From Candidatus Dormibacteria bacterium (lineage in GTDB: Bacteria > Chloroflexota > Dormibacteria > Aeolococcales > Aeolococcaceae), in assembly GCA_050010655.1 (NCBI GenBank), contig JBEKKP010000016.1, forward strand, positions 5,336 to 69,335: a DNA stretch of 64,000 nt. The letters run 5' to 3'. Positions within the stretch are counted from its first letter, which is position 1. Every line of letters starts with the position of its first letter. Shown here piece by piece: positions 21,540 through 31,204 of the stretch. The notes below the pieces were generated by a model. The model did no database searches, was not told where the DNA came from, and saw only the letters and a program-made list of their open reading frames with translations. The translations under genes and the position numbers were made by a program.

Positions 21540-22987
21540 AGGCGGTCCGCCAGCCCGGCCATCTCAATCGCGTGTGGCCGGTACATCCCGGGGACCTCGC
21601 CGCAGAGGCGAGGAGTGGGAAGCGCCTTACCCGGATTGCAGATATCGCTCGCGTCGAAGGCGTCGCGCACCCGTCCCATGACCGCGATCGACCCGGGGCT
21701 GAACATCTTCGGCATGTAGCACGCCTTGTCGGACCCGACTCCGTGCTCACCGGTGATCGAACCGCCCGCGGCGATGCACGACTCGAGGATCAGCCCCGCG
21801 AGCTCGAGCGCGCGATCCGATGCACCGGGCTCGGTGTTGTCGTACAGGACGAGCGGATGCAGATTGCCGTCGCCCGCGTGGAAGACGTTGGCCACGCGCA
21901 AGCCGTATTTCGTCGACAACGTGCCGATCTCCTCGAGCACTTCGCGCAGGCGAGTACGTGGGATGACACCGTCCTGCACGTAGTAGCTCGGACTGATCCG
22001 TCCCATCGAGGCGAATGCCGCCTTGCGTGCTTTCCAGATCAGTGCACGCTCAGCCTCGCTGGCGGCCACGCGAGTCTCCGTCGATCCGCTCGCCGCGCAG
22101 ATGTCGAGCACCTGGCGTAGGAATGCGCTCGACTCGACTGCCGGACCGTCCAGCTCGACGATCAGTGCTGCGCCGCAGTCCGGATACCCGGCGTGGACGA
22201 TCTGCTCGCACGCCTGAATTGCGAGGCGATCCATCATCTCGATTGCTGCCGGTGTGATCCCCGCGGCGATGATCCGAGACACCGCCTCACCGGCGTCGCC
22301 CATCGTGGAGAACGCCGCGAGCACCGTCTCGGTCGATTCCGGAACGCGGACGATGCGAAGGACGACCTCGGTCACGATCCCGAGTGTCCCTTCGCTCCCG
22401 ATCACGACGCCGAGCAGGTCGTAGCCCGCGGCGTCACGCACGGAACCGCCGAGATGCGCAATCTCGCCGCGCGCTGTCACGAACGTCGCGGCGAGGACGT
22501 GGTGCGTCGTGAATCCGTACTTCAGGCAGTGCGCTCCGCCGGAATTCTCCGCGACGTTGCCACCGATGGTGCACACCTGCTGCGACGAGGGATCCGGCGC
22601 GTAGAAATATCCGAGCGGCCGCACCGTCTTGCTCACCTCGAGGTTGGTCACCCCGGGTTGCACGGTGACCTGCTGATTCTCGAGATCGATGTCGAGGATC
22701 GCACGCATCCGGCTGAGCCCGATGACCACTCCGTCTGCGACCGGGAGTGCGCCACCCGAAAGCCCGGTGCCAGCACCGCGCGCGACAAACGGCACATCGC
22801 TTTCCGCGCACGCCCGCACAACCCCCGCCACCTGCTCGGTGGTCGTCGGGAGCACCACAGCCGCGGGCGAGACGCGACGTCCGGTGAGACCGTCGCATGC
22901 GTATGTCTGCAGCGCTGCCGGCTCGGTGATGATGCCGTCGTCACCGACAGCGGCACGCAGACGTTGCTGCAGAGCTACGTCAAGCAT
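21536..22987 (-). CDS. glcD: Glycolate oxidase subunit GlcD (FAD-linked oxidase; start uncertain, set at Met 22987)
   Basis: FAD-linked oxidase N- and C-terminal domains (VARGAGTGLSGGALP...). Order glcD-glcE-glcF with coupled overlaps. Confidence 0.85.
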   Translation of the reverse strand: MLDVALQQRLRAAVGDDGIITEPAALQTYACDGLTGRRVSPAAVVLPTTTEQVAGVVRACAESDVPFVARGAGTGLSGGALPVADGVVIGLSRMRAILDIDLENQQVTVQPGVTNLEVSKTVRPLGYFYAPDPSSQQVCTIGGNVAENSGGAHCLKYGFTTHHVLAATFVTARGEIAHLGGSVRDAAGYDLLGVVIGSEGTLGIVTEVVLRIVRVPESTETVLAAFSTMGDAGEAVSRIIAAGITPAAIEMMDRLAIQACEQIVHAGYPDCGAALIVELDGPAVESSAFLRQVLDICAASGSTETRVAASEAERALIWKARKAAFASMGRISPSYYVQDGVIPRTRLREVLEEIGTLSTKYGLRVANVFHAGDGNLHPLVLYDNTEPGASDRALELAGLILESCIAAGGSITGEHGVGSDKACYMPKMFSPGSIAVMGRVRDAFDASDICNPGKALPTPRLCGEVPGMYRPHAIEMAGLADRL

Positions 22988-24092
22988 GAGCTGCAATCGC
23001 CGCAGCCGCGGCATCGATGGTGCGTGCAGCTTCGGCCTCGGTGACCGTTCCCATGTGTCCGATGCGCACGCCTTTTCCCGCCCAGGGGCCGAGACACGGT
23101 GCAATCACCACGCCGCGCTCGCTCATTCCTGCGCGCAATGTCGGGTCGTCGACTCCTTCCGGGAGCGCGAGCACGCTGAGCGTCGGTGCGAGGTGGGCCG
23201 CGTTGGTGAGCGGTGTGAATCCGAGCTCCGCCATGCCGTCGCGAACCATCCCGGCGACGCGACGGTGGCGCTCGTAGCGAGCGGGAAGTCCCTCGGCGAG
23301 AATGCTGTCAAGCGACACTTCAAGTGCCCGTAGCAGTGACACAGCATGCGTCGAGAAATACTTGCGCGGATCGTCGACGGACGCGTCCCAGCGGCGGAGA
23401 TCCGCGTAGTACGCGTGGATATCGCCAAGTGACTCGCGACGGCTGCGCGCACGCTCGGAAACGGCGAGCACTGCGAGGCCGGGCGGAACGCTGAGTGCCT
23501 TCTGTGCGCCGGTGAGCAGGACGTCGACATCCCAGGCGTCCATCGTCTCTTCGAGCCCACCGGTTGCGCAGACTCCGTCGACGACGATCACCGCATCCGG
23601 GGCCGCGGCCCGGACCGTCGCAGTGAGTTCGGCGCACTTCGCGAGCACGCCGCTGCTGGTATCGACGTGCGTCATGCACACGAGTGCCGGCTGGTCGCCC
23701 GCGAGTATCAGTGCGCGAAGCGCGGCAGTGTCGGCGTGCTCACCCCAATCGACATGCAGCACCTCCGCGCGCATTCCGAGGGCGCCGGCGACCTCCGTGA
23801 AGCGATCACCAAAATAGCCGTGGCTGACGACGATCACCCGGTCGCCCGGCAACGCGTGGTTGATCAGCGCGGTCTCCATCGCGAGCGTGCCGGATCCGGC
23901 GAAGCAGTAGACCCGTGCATGTTCGGAGCCCATGAGCTCTCGGATGCCCGTCTGGATGCGGAGCATCGTGGCGGCGTTCTCGGGCCCGGTGTGGCTCCGA
24001 ACCGGCTCCGCGAGCGCCGCGAGCACGTCCGGTGCCACTGGCGTCGGGCCGGGGATCATGAGCAGCGGCGACGTTGTCATGAGCGGACCCAT
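22980..24092 (-). CDS. Serine/alanine-glyoxylate aminotransferase-like class V aminotransferase (start uncertain)
   Basis: AGXT family (PGPTPVAPDVLAAL..., GAQKALSVPPGLAV). Upstream of glcDEF in the same orientation. Confidence 0.8.
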   Translation of the reverse strand: MGPLMTTSPLLMIPGPTPVAPDVLAALAEPVRSHTGPENAATMLRIQTGIRELMGSEHARVYCFAGSGTLAMETALINHALPGDRVIVVSHGYFGDRFTEVAGALGMRAEVLHVDWGEHADTAALRALILAGDQPALVCMTHVDTSSGVLAKCAELTATVRAAAPDAVIVVDGVCATGGLEETMDAWDVDVLLTGAQKALSVPPGLAVLAVSERARSRRESLGDIHAYYADLRRWDASVDDPRKYFSTHAVSLLRALEVSLDSILAEGLPARYERHRRVAGMVRDGMAELGFTPLTNAAHLAPTLSVLALPEGVDDPTLRAGMSERGVVIAPCLGPWAGKGVRIGHMGTVTEAEAARTIDAAAAAIAAHA

Positions 24093-24163
24093 GCTGCCAC
24101 ACGGGCCTCGGCCTCCGCGATTCGGGCTTTTGCCGGCCGCCGGACTGCAAGTCGGGTTGGTGG

Positions 24164-24352
24164 CTAGATCGAGTCGCGGCGGAAGGCGGCGATCACGATG
24201 GGAGCGTCCTCGCGGACCGAAACCTCGGTGCCGTCGAGGAAGGAAATACAAGTGGATCCCACGGAGACCTGGCGAACCTGGGTCACCGCATCGACGTTGA
24301 TGTACGTCGACGCTTCATCGGCAGCCAGGTGCAGGACGACCCATTTCGCCAT
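24164..24352 (-). CDS. Small hypothetical protein (62 aa from MAKWVVLHL...)
   Basis: ORF with a plausible start. No assignable domain. Confidence 0.35.
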   Translation of the reverse strand: MAKWVVLHLAADEASTYINVDAVTQVRQVSVGSTCISFLDGTEVSVREDAPIVIAAFRRDSI

Positions 24353-24685
24353 CACCTGCAGTCTATCCTCCAGCGGGAATTCGTCCCGACACGCGGATGA
24401 CACGAACCAACGCCGCGAGATCCGACCGCGAGGGACGCGACGGTGACGCTTGTGACAGTGTTGAACGAGCGTCGATCTGCGCGCCCGCTAAGTACCCTGA
24501 CGAACAGACGCGCACGCGAGGCTCCGCCAGATTGGCCCCCCGTGAGCTCCACGGACGCTGACCCCGCAGGGAGCGGCGACAACTGGTAGCAAGAAGATCG
24601 GCAAGGCCAAAGCCCCGATCGAAGGAGACTTTGACCGTGACCACCCGTATCGCACGGTCGCAGACTCGCCGGTTCTAGGCGCTTC

Positions 24686-27445
24686 GTGTCATCCCGCCGG
24701 CTCTTCATTGTCCTGACGGCATCGGTCGCCGTCCTGATCGTCGCGTTCACGGGTGCGTCGCTGTTCGGATTCGGCGGCAACATTCTGCAGGACCGCATCC
24801 ACAACCTCGCTGAAGTTGGCGCGGGACTCCTGGCCGCCGCACTCGCACTGACCGCCGCGACCAGGTCGAGAGGTCGCCGCCGGTGGTCCTGGTTGTGCTG
24901 GTCGGCCTACGCAGCGCTTGAGGCAGCGAGCGACTGGAACGTGCTGGCCGCTCACCACGACGGGACGCTCCTGTCGATTGGCAACGTCGCATTCGTCGTG
25001 CAACTGCCGGTCGGTGTGCTCGCCGCGCTGATCTTCATGCGCGTGATGTCGTCTCGCGTTGCGGTCGTCGTTGCCCTCTGCGACGGCCTGCTCATGGGCG
25101 GCGGTCTGCTGCTCGTCGGGCTGGCGACCGGGTATCTCCGGATCGTCGACGGTCCGAACGCGGTCTTCGTGAACGCACTGAATCTTGCGCAACCGGTCGC
25201 CGACATGGTGGTGCTCACGCTGGTCGTCACGGTCGTCGCCCGGGTCGGTCCGCGGACGCGTCCGATCGGTTTGCTCATCGGCGCTGCGATCCTTGGCATC
25301 GGCGCTGCGGATGTCGAGCTCACGCACCAGATTGGACTCGGCATCAGCGCGCCCGGGTCGGTGTTTGCCAACGGCTGGATCGCCGGGCTGCTCTGCCTCG
25401 CCGTCGCCGCGCTGTATGCGCTCTGCTTCCGGCGACACCCGGAGGCTGTTGTCACCAACGCGATGACCACGCGAACCGGACTCTGGCTGCCGATCGTGCC
25501 GGTAGGGCTGACATGCGTCTTCGCCGTCGCGTTGCGAGCGCACGAGACCGAGCTCGAGGACGTGCTGCTCTGGGTGTTGCTCGCGCTCGTTGGTCTGACG
25601 CTCACACGCATGTACCTGGCGCTGTACATGAATCTCGGGCTCGGCAGAGCGCTGGCGCATCAGGCATCGCACGATGCGTTGACCGGCTTACCGAATCGCA
25701 CGCTCCTACGGCGGCGCCTGGAGCGCGAGCTCGAAGCACTCGAGACACCGCAAAAGAACATGACGTTGCTGATGCTCGACCTCGACGGCTTCAAAGAGGT
25801 CAACGACACCTTCGGACACAGCACCGGTGACCAGGTGCTGATCCAGGTCGCGCAGCGGATCGTCGCCAGTGTGCGCGACGGTGACGCGGTCGCGCGTCTC
25901 GGCGGTGACGAGTTTGCCATCGTCCTCGCGACCGGCCCCGCCGAGGAGGTTGCGGTCCTCGCGCGGCGCGTGCTCGCCGCCCTCGAGCTGCCGCTCGTTT
26001 TGAAGACGACCACCGTGAGCGTTGCCGCCAGCATCGGTATCGCCTCGGCTGGTCAGGGAACGACGGCGGATGAGTTGCTGCGCAACGCGGATCTCGCCAT
26101 GTATGCGGCAAAATCGAACGGCGGCAACGGGTTTGCCCTTTTCAAGGAGTCGATGCACACGGCTGTTGCGGAGCGTGTGCGCGTGGAGACCGGGCTCCGT
26201 ACGGCGTGGCTCACCGGCGACCTGATCGTGCACTACCAACCCATCGTCGACCTGCAGAACGGACGGATGGTGTCCATCGAAGCGCTCGCGCGCTGGAAGC
26301 ATCCCGATGGCGACATCATCCCTCCCGACGTCTTCATCCCGATTGCCGAACGCACCGGGCTCATCATCCCGATCGGCGCGCGAATCCTCAACGAGGCGTG
26401 CCAGCAGCTCGCGAGCTGGCAGCGGGACTATGGCGCTGCCGCCGACATCACGATGAGCGTCAACGTGTCGCCCCGGCAGCTCTACTCGGGCGACCTCGAG
26501 GCAATTGTCGAGGAGGCGATTCGCAGCGCGGGCATCAGGCCGACGAGCCTCGTCCTCGAGGTCACCGAGACTGCCGTCATGGACGACATGGACAATGCGA
26601 TCCGGATTCTTGGACGCCTCAAAGCGCTCGGTGTCGCGCTTGCGATCGACGACTTCGGCGTGGGTGCATCGTCCCTTGCGAGGTTGCGCCGGCTCCCCGT
26701 TGCCGTGGTGAAAATCGACAAGTCGCTCGTCGATCACGTCCCCGATGGACACGTGGCGAGCGCGCTCCTTGACGGGGTCGTCGGCCTCGTGCGTGCGCTC
26801 CAGCTGCGCACCATCATCGAGGGTGTGGAGCGTGGTGATCAGGCCCAGCACCTGCGCGAGGCCGGCTATGACCTCGCCCAAGGGTTCTTCTATGCGCGGC
26901 CGATGGAGGCCCAGGCGATCGAGCGGTCGCTTGCCTCCGCGCGGGCCGAAGACGCTGGAAGAGCGGTGTTTCCGGTTGACGCCGGAACCGAGGCTGCGCC
27001 GCAACGCGCGAAGCCAGGGCGCGTCCTCGTCGTGGACGATGACCAGTTCGTGGGAGCGACCGCCTGCCGGATCCTCGAGCGATACGGCATGCGGGCTGTG
27101 CTCGTTCCGAGCCTCCGGGAGGCAATGGCGGAGCTGTCCCACGCTACCGGGGTGATGGTTGTGGATATCGGTCTGCCGGACGGCGACGGATGGGATCTCA
27201 TTGCCCACGTGCGCGCCCGCGGCATGCACGCGGATATGCCGATCGTCGTCATGACCGGACTGCTCGATAACGCCGACGTCCTCAATCGTGCCGACGAGCT
27301 CAAGTGCGAATACCTCGGCAAGCCGTTCGCACCCGAGGCGCTGATCGCGAAGATCGAGTCGGCGCGGCGGATGGTCGGTCTGGCGGCGCCGGCCGTGATC
27401 GACGAGGACATCGGTTCACCGGTCGTCATCGCCGCCGCCGGCTGA
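24686..27445 (+). CDS. Membrane sensor diguanylate cyclase/phosphodiesterase (multi-TM N-terminus, GGDEF, EAL) with C-terminal response-regulator receiver domain
   Basis: About 300 aa of hydrophobic helices, GGDEF motif (RLGGDEFAIVL), EAL motif (EALARWKHPDG...), then a REC domain (RVLVVDDDQ...DIGLPDGDGWDL...KPF). Confidence 0.88.
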   Translation: MSSRRLFIVLTASVAVLIVAFTGASLFGFGGNILQDRIHNLAEVGAGLLAAALALTAATRSRGRRRWSWLCWSAYAALEAASDWNVLAAHHDGTLLSIGNVAFVVQLPVGVLAALIFMRVMSSRVAVVVALCDGLLMGGGLLLVGLATGYLRIVDGPNAVFVNALNLAQPVADMVVLTLVVTVVARVGPRTRPIGLLIGAAILGIGAADVELTHQIGLGISAPGSVFANGWIAGLLCLAVAALYALCFRRHPEAVVTNAMTTRTGLWLPIVPVGLTCVFAVALRAHETELEDVLLWVLLALVGLTLTRMYLALYMNLGLGRALAHQASHDALTGLPNRTLLRRRLERELEALETPQKNMTLLMLDLDGFKEVNDTFGHSTGDQVLIQVAQRIVASVRDGDAVARLGGDEFAIVLATGPAEEVAVLARRVLAALELPLVLKTTTVSVAASIGIASAGQGTTADELLRNADLAMYAAKSNGGNGFALFKESMHTAVAERVRVETGLRTAWLTGDLIVHYQPIVDLQNGRMVSIEALARWKHPDGDIIPPDVFIPIAERTGLIIPIGARILNEACQQLASWQRDYGAAADITMSVNVSPRQLYSGDLEAIVEEAIRSAGIRPTSLVLEVTETAVMDDMDNAIRILGRLKALGVALAIDDFGVGASSLARLRRLPVAVVKIDKSLVDHVPDGHVASALLDGVVGLVRALQLRTIIEGVERGDQAQHLREAGYDLAQGFFYARPMEAQAIERSLASARAEDAGRAVFPVDAGTEAAPQRAKPGRVLVVDDDQFVGATACRILERYGMRAVLVPSLREAMAELSHATGVMVVDIGLPDGDGWDLIAHVRARGMHADMPIVVMTGLLDNADVLNRADELKCEYLGKPFAPEALIAKIESARRMVGLAAPAVIDEDIGSPVVIAAAG

Positions 27446-27475
27446 GACGCACGGCGCCGCTGACCGGGCTGCGAC

Positions 27476-28525
27476 GTGCCGCGTGGGAAGATCACTGAGG
27501 TGTCTCGTCAACTTCGGTTCGGGTACAAGGTGTCGGCTGAGCAGTTCAGCCCGACGGCACTGCTCGATTTCACCGTGGCGGCGGAGGGGTGCGGGTTCGA
27601 CACCGCCGCGATCAGCGACCACTTTCAGCCGTGGCGGCACACCGGCGGTCACGCGCCGTTCTCACTCGCGTGGCTCGGCGCTGCAGGTCAGGCGACCAGC
27701 CGGATCGCGCTCGGGACGAGCGTGCTGACCCCCACCTTCCGCTATCACCCCGCGGTGGTCGCGCAGGCGATGGGGACGCTCGGAAGCATGTTCCCCGGCC
27801 GCTTCTGGCTCGGAGTGGGCACCGGCGAATCGATGAACGAGGCGCCGCTCGGTACGGAGTGGCCGGACGCCAAGGAACGTTTTGCGCGCCTCAAGGAGGC
27901 GGTCACGCTCATCCAGACCCTCCTGACAACGGACCGGGTCACGTTCGACGGCGCCTACTACCGAACCAGGAACGCGACGATCTACGACCGCCCGGAGGAG
28001 CCGATCCCCATCTACATCGCCGCGGCAGGTGCGTCGGCCGCGCGGCTCGCCGGCAGGGTCGCCGACGGTCTCATCTGTACCAGCGGCAAAGGCATGGAAC
28101 TGTATGCGGACACGCTGCTCCCCGCCGAGGCAGAGGGCGCTCTGGCGGCAGGCCGCGAGGTCGACGCCGTGGAGTTGACCATCGAGATGAAGGTGTCCTT
28201 TGACACCGATCTCGCGAGAGCTCGCGATGACACGCGCCACTGGTCGGCGCTGGCACTGTCGCCCGAGGAAAAGGTGGGCGTCGAGGACCCGGTCGAGATG
28301 GAGCGGCTTGCCGATGCCCTTCCCACCGAGCGGGCGGCCAGCCGGTGGATCGTTTCCTCGGATCCCGACGAGCACGTGGATCGCATCCGCCCGTACCTCG
28401 ACCTCGGGTTCACCCACCTCATCTTCCACGCGCCCGGATCCGATCAGCGTCGCTTTCTCGACCTGTATTCGCGCGAGGTGCTCCCTCGGCTGCGCGCGAT
28501 CACGCCGAGCACGAGCGTCGCCTGA
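27476..28525 (+). CDS. fgd: F420-dependent glucose-6-phosphate dehydrogenase (LLM-class F420 oxidoreductase); alternative start GTG at 27500
   Basis: Near-colinear with the mycobacterial Fgd1 N-terminus (LRFGYKVSAEQFSP...ISDHFQPWRHTGGHAPFSLAWLGAAG...LGTSVLTPTFRYHPAVVAQA). Confidence 0.85.
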   Translation: MPRGKITEVSRQLRFGYKVSAEQFSPTALLDFTVAAEGCGFDTAAISDHFQPWRHTGGHAPFSLAWLGAAGQATSRIALGTSVLTPTFRYHPAVVAQAMGTLGSMFPGRFWLGVGTGESMNEAPLGTEWPDAKERFARLKEAVTLIQTLLTTDRVTFDGAYYRTRNATIYDRPEEPIPIYIAAAGASAARLAGRVADGLICTSGKGMELYADTLLPAEAEGALAAGREVDAVELTIEMKVSFDTDLARARDDTRHWSALALSPEEKVGVEDPVEMERLADALPTERAASRWIVSSDPDEHVDRIRPYLDLGFTHLIFHAPGSDQRRFLDLYSREVLPRLRAITPSTSVA

Positions 28526-28531
28526 GCCGCG

Positions 28532-28945
28532 CTACCCCTGGACGGTCGGTCCGCTGCGGTCGACGGTGATGCGCAGCAGGACACGGTGCTCTCGCACCAT
28601 CGCCTCGCGGTAGTCGTTCCAGTCCGGATGCTCGCCGCTGATGCGGCGGTAGTAGTCGACAAGCGGTTCCATCGCGTCGGGAAGGCTCACGATCTCGACG
28701 CTGCCCTCGAGGCTGTGCCACTCACCGAAGAACTGCTGGCTGATCACGCAGAGGGCGGCGCGCGGTGTGCGCCGGAGGTTGAGCGTCTTCATCGCCCCCT
28801 CACGCGTGCTGATCACGACGCGACCTTCCGCGTCGACGCTTGCGCTTACCGGCGAGAGTTGCGCCTGTCCATCGCGGCGGTACGTGGCGAGCACCGCCCG
28901 CGGGTTCGCGCGGACGAAGTCGAGGACGGTCTCATGAGCCATCAA
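28532..28945 (-). CDS. PPOX-class F420-dependent enzyme (pyridoxamine 5'-phosphate oxidase-like split barrel)
   Basis: 137-aa FDOR-B/PNPOx-like product (VLATYRRDGQAQLSPV...). Confidence 0.7.
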   Translation of the reverse strand: MMAHETVLDFVRANPRAVLATYRRDGQAQLSPVSASVDAEGRVVISTREGAMKTLNLRRTPRAALCVISQQFFGEWHSLEGSVEIVSLPDAMEPLVDYYRRISGEHPDWNDYREAMVREHRVLLRITVDRSGPTVQG

Positions 28946-29861
28946 GCAACTCTAATTCGTGCATGAGCGAGTGGGCGAATCGGCGCTCGCCGTCGGGACC
29001 TTCCATCACCGTGTCGTCGACGAGCGTGTGCATCCCCAGCGCACGGATCGACTCGCGCAAGCCGACATCGGCGCGGTCGATCACGATGTTCGCCGCGATA
29101 CCGGCGTAGCGTCGCGCCACGCCAAGCGCGGTTGCCTCCTCGCCCATCTGTTCGAGCATGGACACCGTCGGGCCCTTGAGCGAGCGTCCCCCGACGACCG
29201 GCGAAATGACCGTGACCCGCTCACGGTCGAGCTCATCGCCGAGGACGGCCAGGATCGGATCGATGCTCAACAGTGGATTCGAGGGGCCGATGACCACGGC
29301 GTCCGCGTTGCGGACCGCAGCGATCGCCTCGGGCGATGCTTTCGCAGACTCGAGGCCGTCAAGCCGGATGCTGCGCACCACCGGGACGCAACGCTCGCCG
29401 ACGAACCACTCCTGCATGCTCAGCTCACCGGAATCGATCCTGATGCGTGTGCGCACCTGGTCATCGCTCATCGGGATCACAGCGACGTCGATGCCGAAGG
29501 CTTTCGCGAGGTGCGCCACTGCCTCGCTCAGGCGAAGGCCGTTGCGCAGCAGCACGGCGCGAAGCAGGTGGACGCCGATATCGCGGTCACCAAGCTGGAA
29601 CCAGGTTTGCTCACCGAGACTTCCGAGCATCGCCTGCGCATGGAAGGTGTCGTCGCGAACGCCGAATCCCGTTGCCTCGTTGAACAGTCCGGCGAGTCGG
29701 TAGAGGATCGCGTCGACGTCCGGACTCACGAGCAAGCCCCAGAACTCGTCGTCGTCCGCCGTGTTGGCGACGATGGAGAGATCCTCCGGCGAGAGCTCCG
29801 CCGCCAGCCCGCTTGCGAGCCGTGCGCCGCCGGTACCTCCGGAGAGGAGCGCGACCTTCAT
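28932..29861 (-). CDS. cofD: 2-phospho-L-lactate transferase (CofD/FbiA)
   Basis: MKVALLSGGTGGARL N-terminus and (G)PSNPLLSI(D)PILAV motif diagnostic of CofD. Confidence 0.88.
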   Translation of the reverse strand: MKVALLSGGTGGARLASGLAAELSPEDLSIVANTADDDEFWGLLVSPDVDAILYRLAGLFNEATGFGVRDDTFHAQAMLGSLGEQTWFQLGDRDIGVHLLRAVLLRNGLRLSEAVAHLAKAFGIDVAVIPMSDDQVRTRIRIDSGELSMQEWFVGERCVPVVRSIRLDGLESAKASPEAIAAVRNADAVVIGPSNPLLSIDPILAVLGDELDRERVTVISPVVGGRSLKGPTVSMLEQMGEEATALGVARRYAGIAANIVIDRADVGLRESIRALGMHTLVDDTVMEGPDGERRFAHSLMHELELLDGS

Positions 29862-30619
29862 CGGAAGAGGTCCAGCTCGGAGGGCCGCACGAGCTCCTGT
29901 CCGGATCCCGGAACGCCGTCGAGCTCGCCGAGGCCTTTGACCACCACCACAGGGACGCGCCGTGTCTTGCCCATCACGATCTCCGCAGCCGCCGCGAGCT
30001 CGTCGGCGATCGCAACCACGGTTGCCTGGAGCGGCATGCCGAAGTCATCCGGCTGTCCACGATAGTCGAGCATCGCGGGGAGCCCGGAAACACCCAGCGC
30101 AACATTGACGAGCCCCATCCGCCAGGCGCGCCCGAAGGTGTCGCTGATGATCACGCCAACGCGCGCTCCAGCAAGCGCCTCGACCCGTTCGCGGAGCACG
30201 CGGGCGCTCGCATCGCAGTCGACGGGGAGGAGGCAGACGTCGTCCTTGCCGTCCATGTTCGAGCGGTCGACGCCGGCGTTGGCACAGACGAATCCCTGGT
30301 GCGTCTCGACGATGAGGACCCGGTCGGCGCGGACGATGCGCGCCGTCTCGTCGAGCACCACCTGGACCATGCGTGGGTCGGCATCGAGTCCCGGTGCCAG
30401 CTGCAGGGCTTGCGCCGACGGCGACACCTCGGACAACCTTCGGATCCTGCCCTCGGACTTGGAGACGACTTTCTGGGCGACCACGACGACATCGCCGTCG
30501 TGAAGCGCTCCCGACTGCTCGAAGATCAGGGCAGCGAGGTCGTCTCCCGGGTGGATCTCGGGGAGACCCTCGACTCCGCGAAGCTCGAGGTTCACCCCGT
30601 CGGCTCGAGCCGGCGCCAT
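29858..30619 (-). CDS. cofE: Coenzyme F420-0:L-glutamate ligase (CofE), single-domain 253-aa form
   Basis: CofE core (GFVCANAGVDRSN...). No C-terminal nitroreductase-like domain as in actinobacterial FbiB. Confidence 0.85.
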   Translation of the reverse strand: MAPARADGVNLELRGVEGLPEIHPGDDLAALIFEQSGALHDGDVVVVAQKVVSKSEGRIRRLSEVSPSAQALQLAPGLDADPRMVQVVLDETARIVRADRVLIVETHQGFVCANAGVDRSNMDGKDDVCLLPVDCDASARVLRERVEALAGARVGVIISDTFGRAWRMGLVNVALGVSGLPAMLDYRGQPDDFGMPLQATVVAIADELAAAAEIVMGKTRRVPVVVVKGLGELDGVPGSGQELVRPSELDLFR

Positions 30620-31197
30620 GCGGTGAGGTCGGCGGGCTCGTCGAGGTCGAGCGCCAGGCTCGGATCTTCGTGGACGATGAACTGGCGACCGCGGATTCGA
30701 GCTTCCTCGGCGAATTTGGGCAGCGATGCCTGCCCGAAGTGGAGTGAGAAGTCAGCGGGCGGTCGCAGGTACAGCGCGTTCGTGCCCTGGCGGCCGTCCG
30801 CCGAAGCCGCGACCACGAGGCTCCCAGGTATCTCCGTCACCGCGAGGAGTCGTCGGAGTGCAGCCTCGTCCACGAGCGGGAGGTCCGAGCTGAGGAGCAG
30901 CGCCGCGGATGCGCCTCGCTGCGCGACCTCGGCGAGACCGCGCATCGCCGCCGGGTTCTGGCCGCTCGGCGATTCCTCCACAACGAGCGCGGCGCCGCGG
31001 ACTCGAGCGAGATCCGCCGCTTCGATCGATCCGCACACCGCGAGCGTCGGTGCAATCGCGAGCGCCGCGTCCAGGGCACGCGCGGCCGTCATCTCGGCGA
31101 GCCGTCGCCGCGGCTGTGGCTCCAGCACGGACGCGAGCCTGCTTTTCGCTGTGGTGAAGTCCTTGATGAGCACCACGATCCAGAACGCCGGCGGCAT
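30592..31197 (-). CDS. cofC: 2-phospho-L-lactate / phosphoenolpyruvate guanylyltransferase (CofC/FbiD); start set at Met 31197
   Basis: MobA-like NTP-transferase fold with CofC motifs (IVVLIKDFTTAKSRL, SSDLPL, GTNAL). Confidence 0.8.
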   Translation of the reverse strand: MPPAFWIVVLIKDFTTAKSRLASVLEPQPRRRLAEMTAARALDAALAIAPTLAVCGSIEAADLARVRGAALVVEESPSGQNPAAMRGLAEVAQRGASAALLLSSDLPLVDEAALRRLLAVTEIPGSLVVAASADGRQGTNALYLRPPADFSLHFGQASLPKFAEEARIRGRQFIVHEDPSLALDLDEPADLTAWRRLEPTG

Positions 31198-31204
31198 CGA
31201 GCGG

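Noticed and set aside
24404-24685. Possible riboswitch (for example c-di-GMP) in the long leader of the GGDEF-EAL gene
   Set aside because: No recognisable riboswitch consensus could be identified by eye. It is retained only as a comment within a finding.
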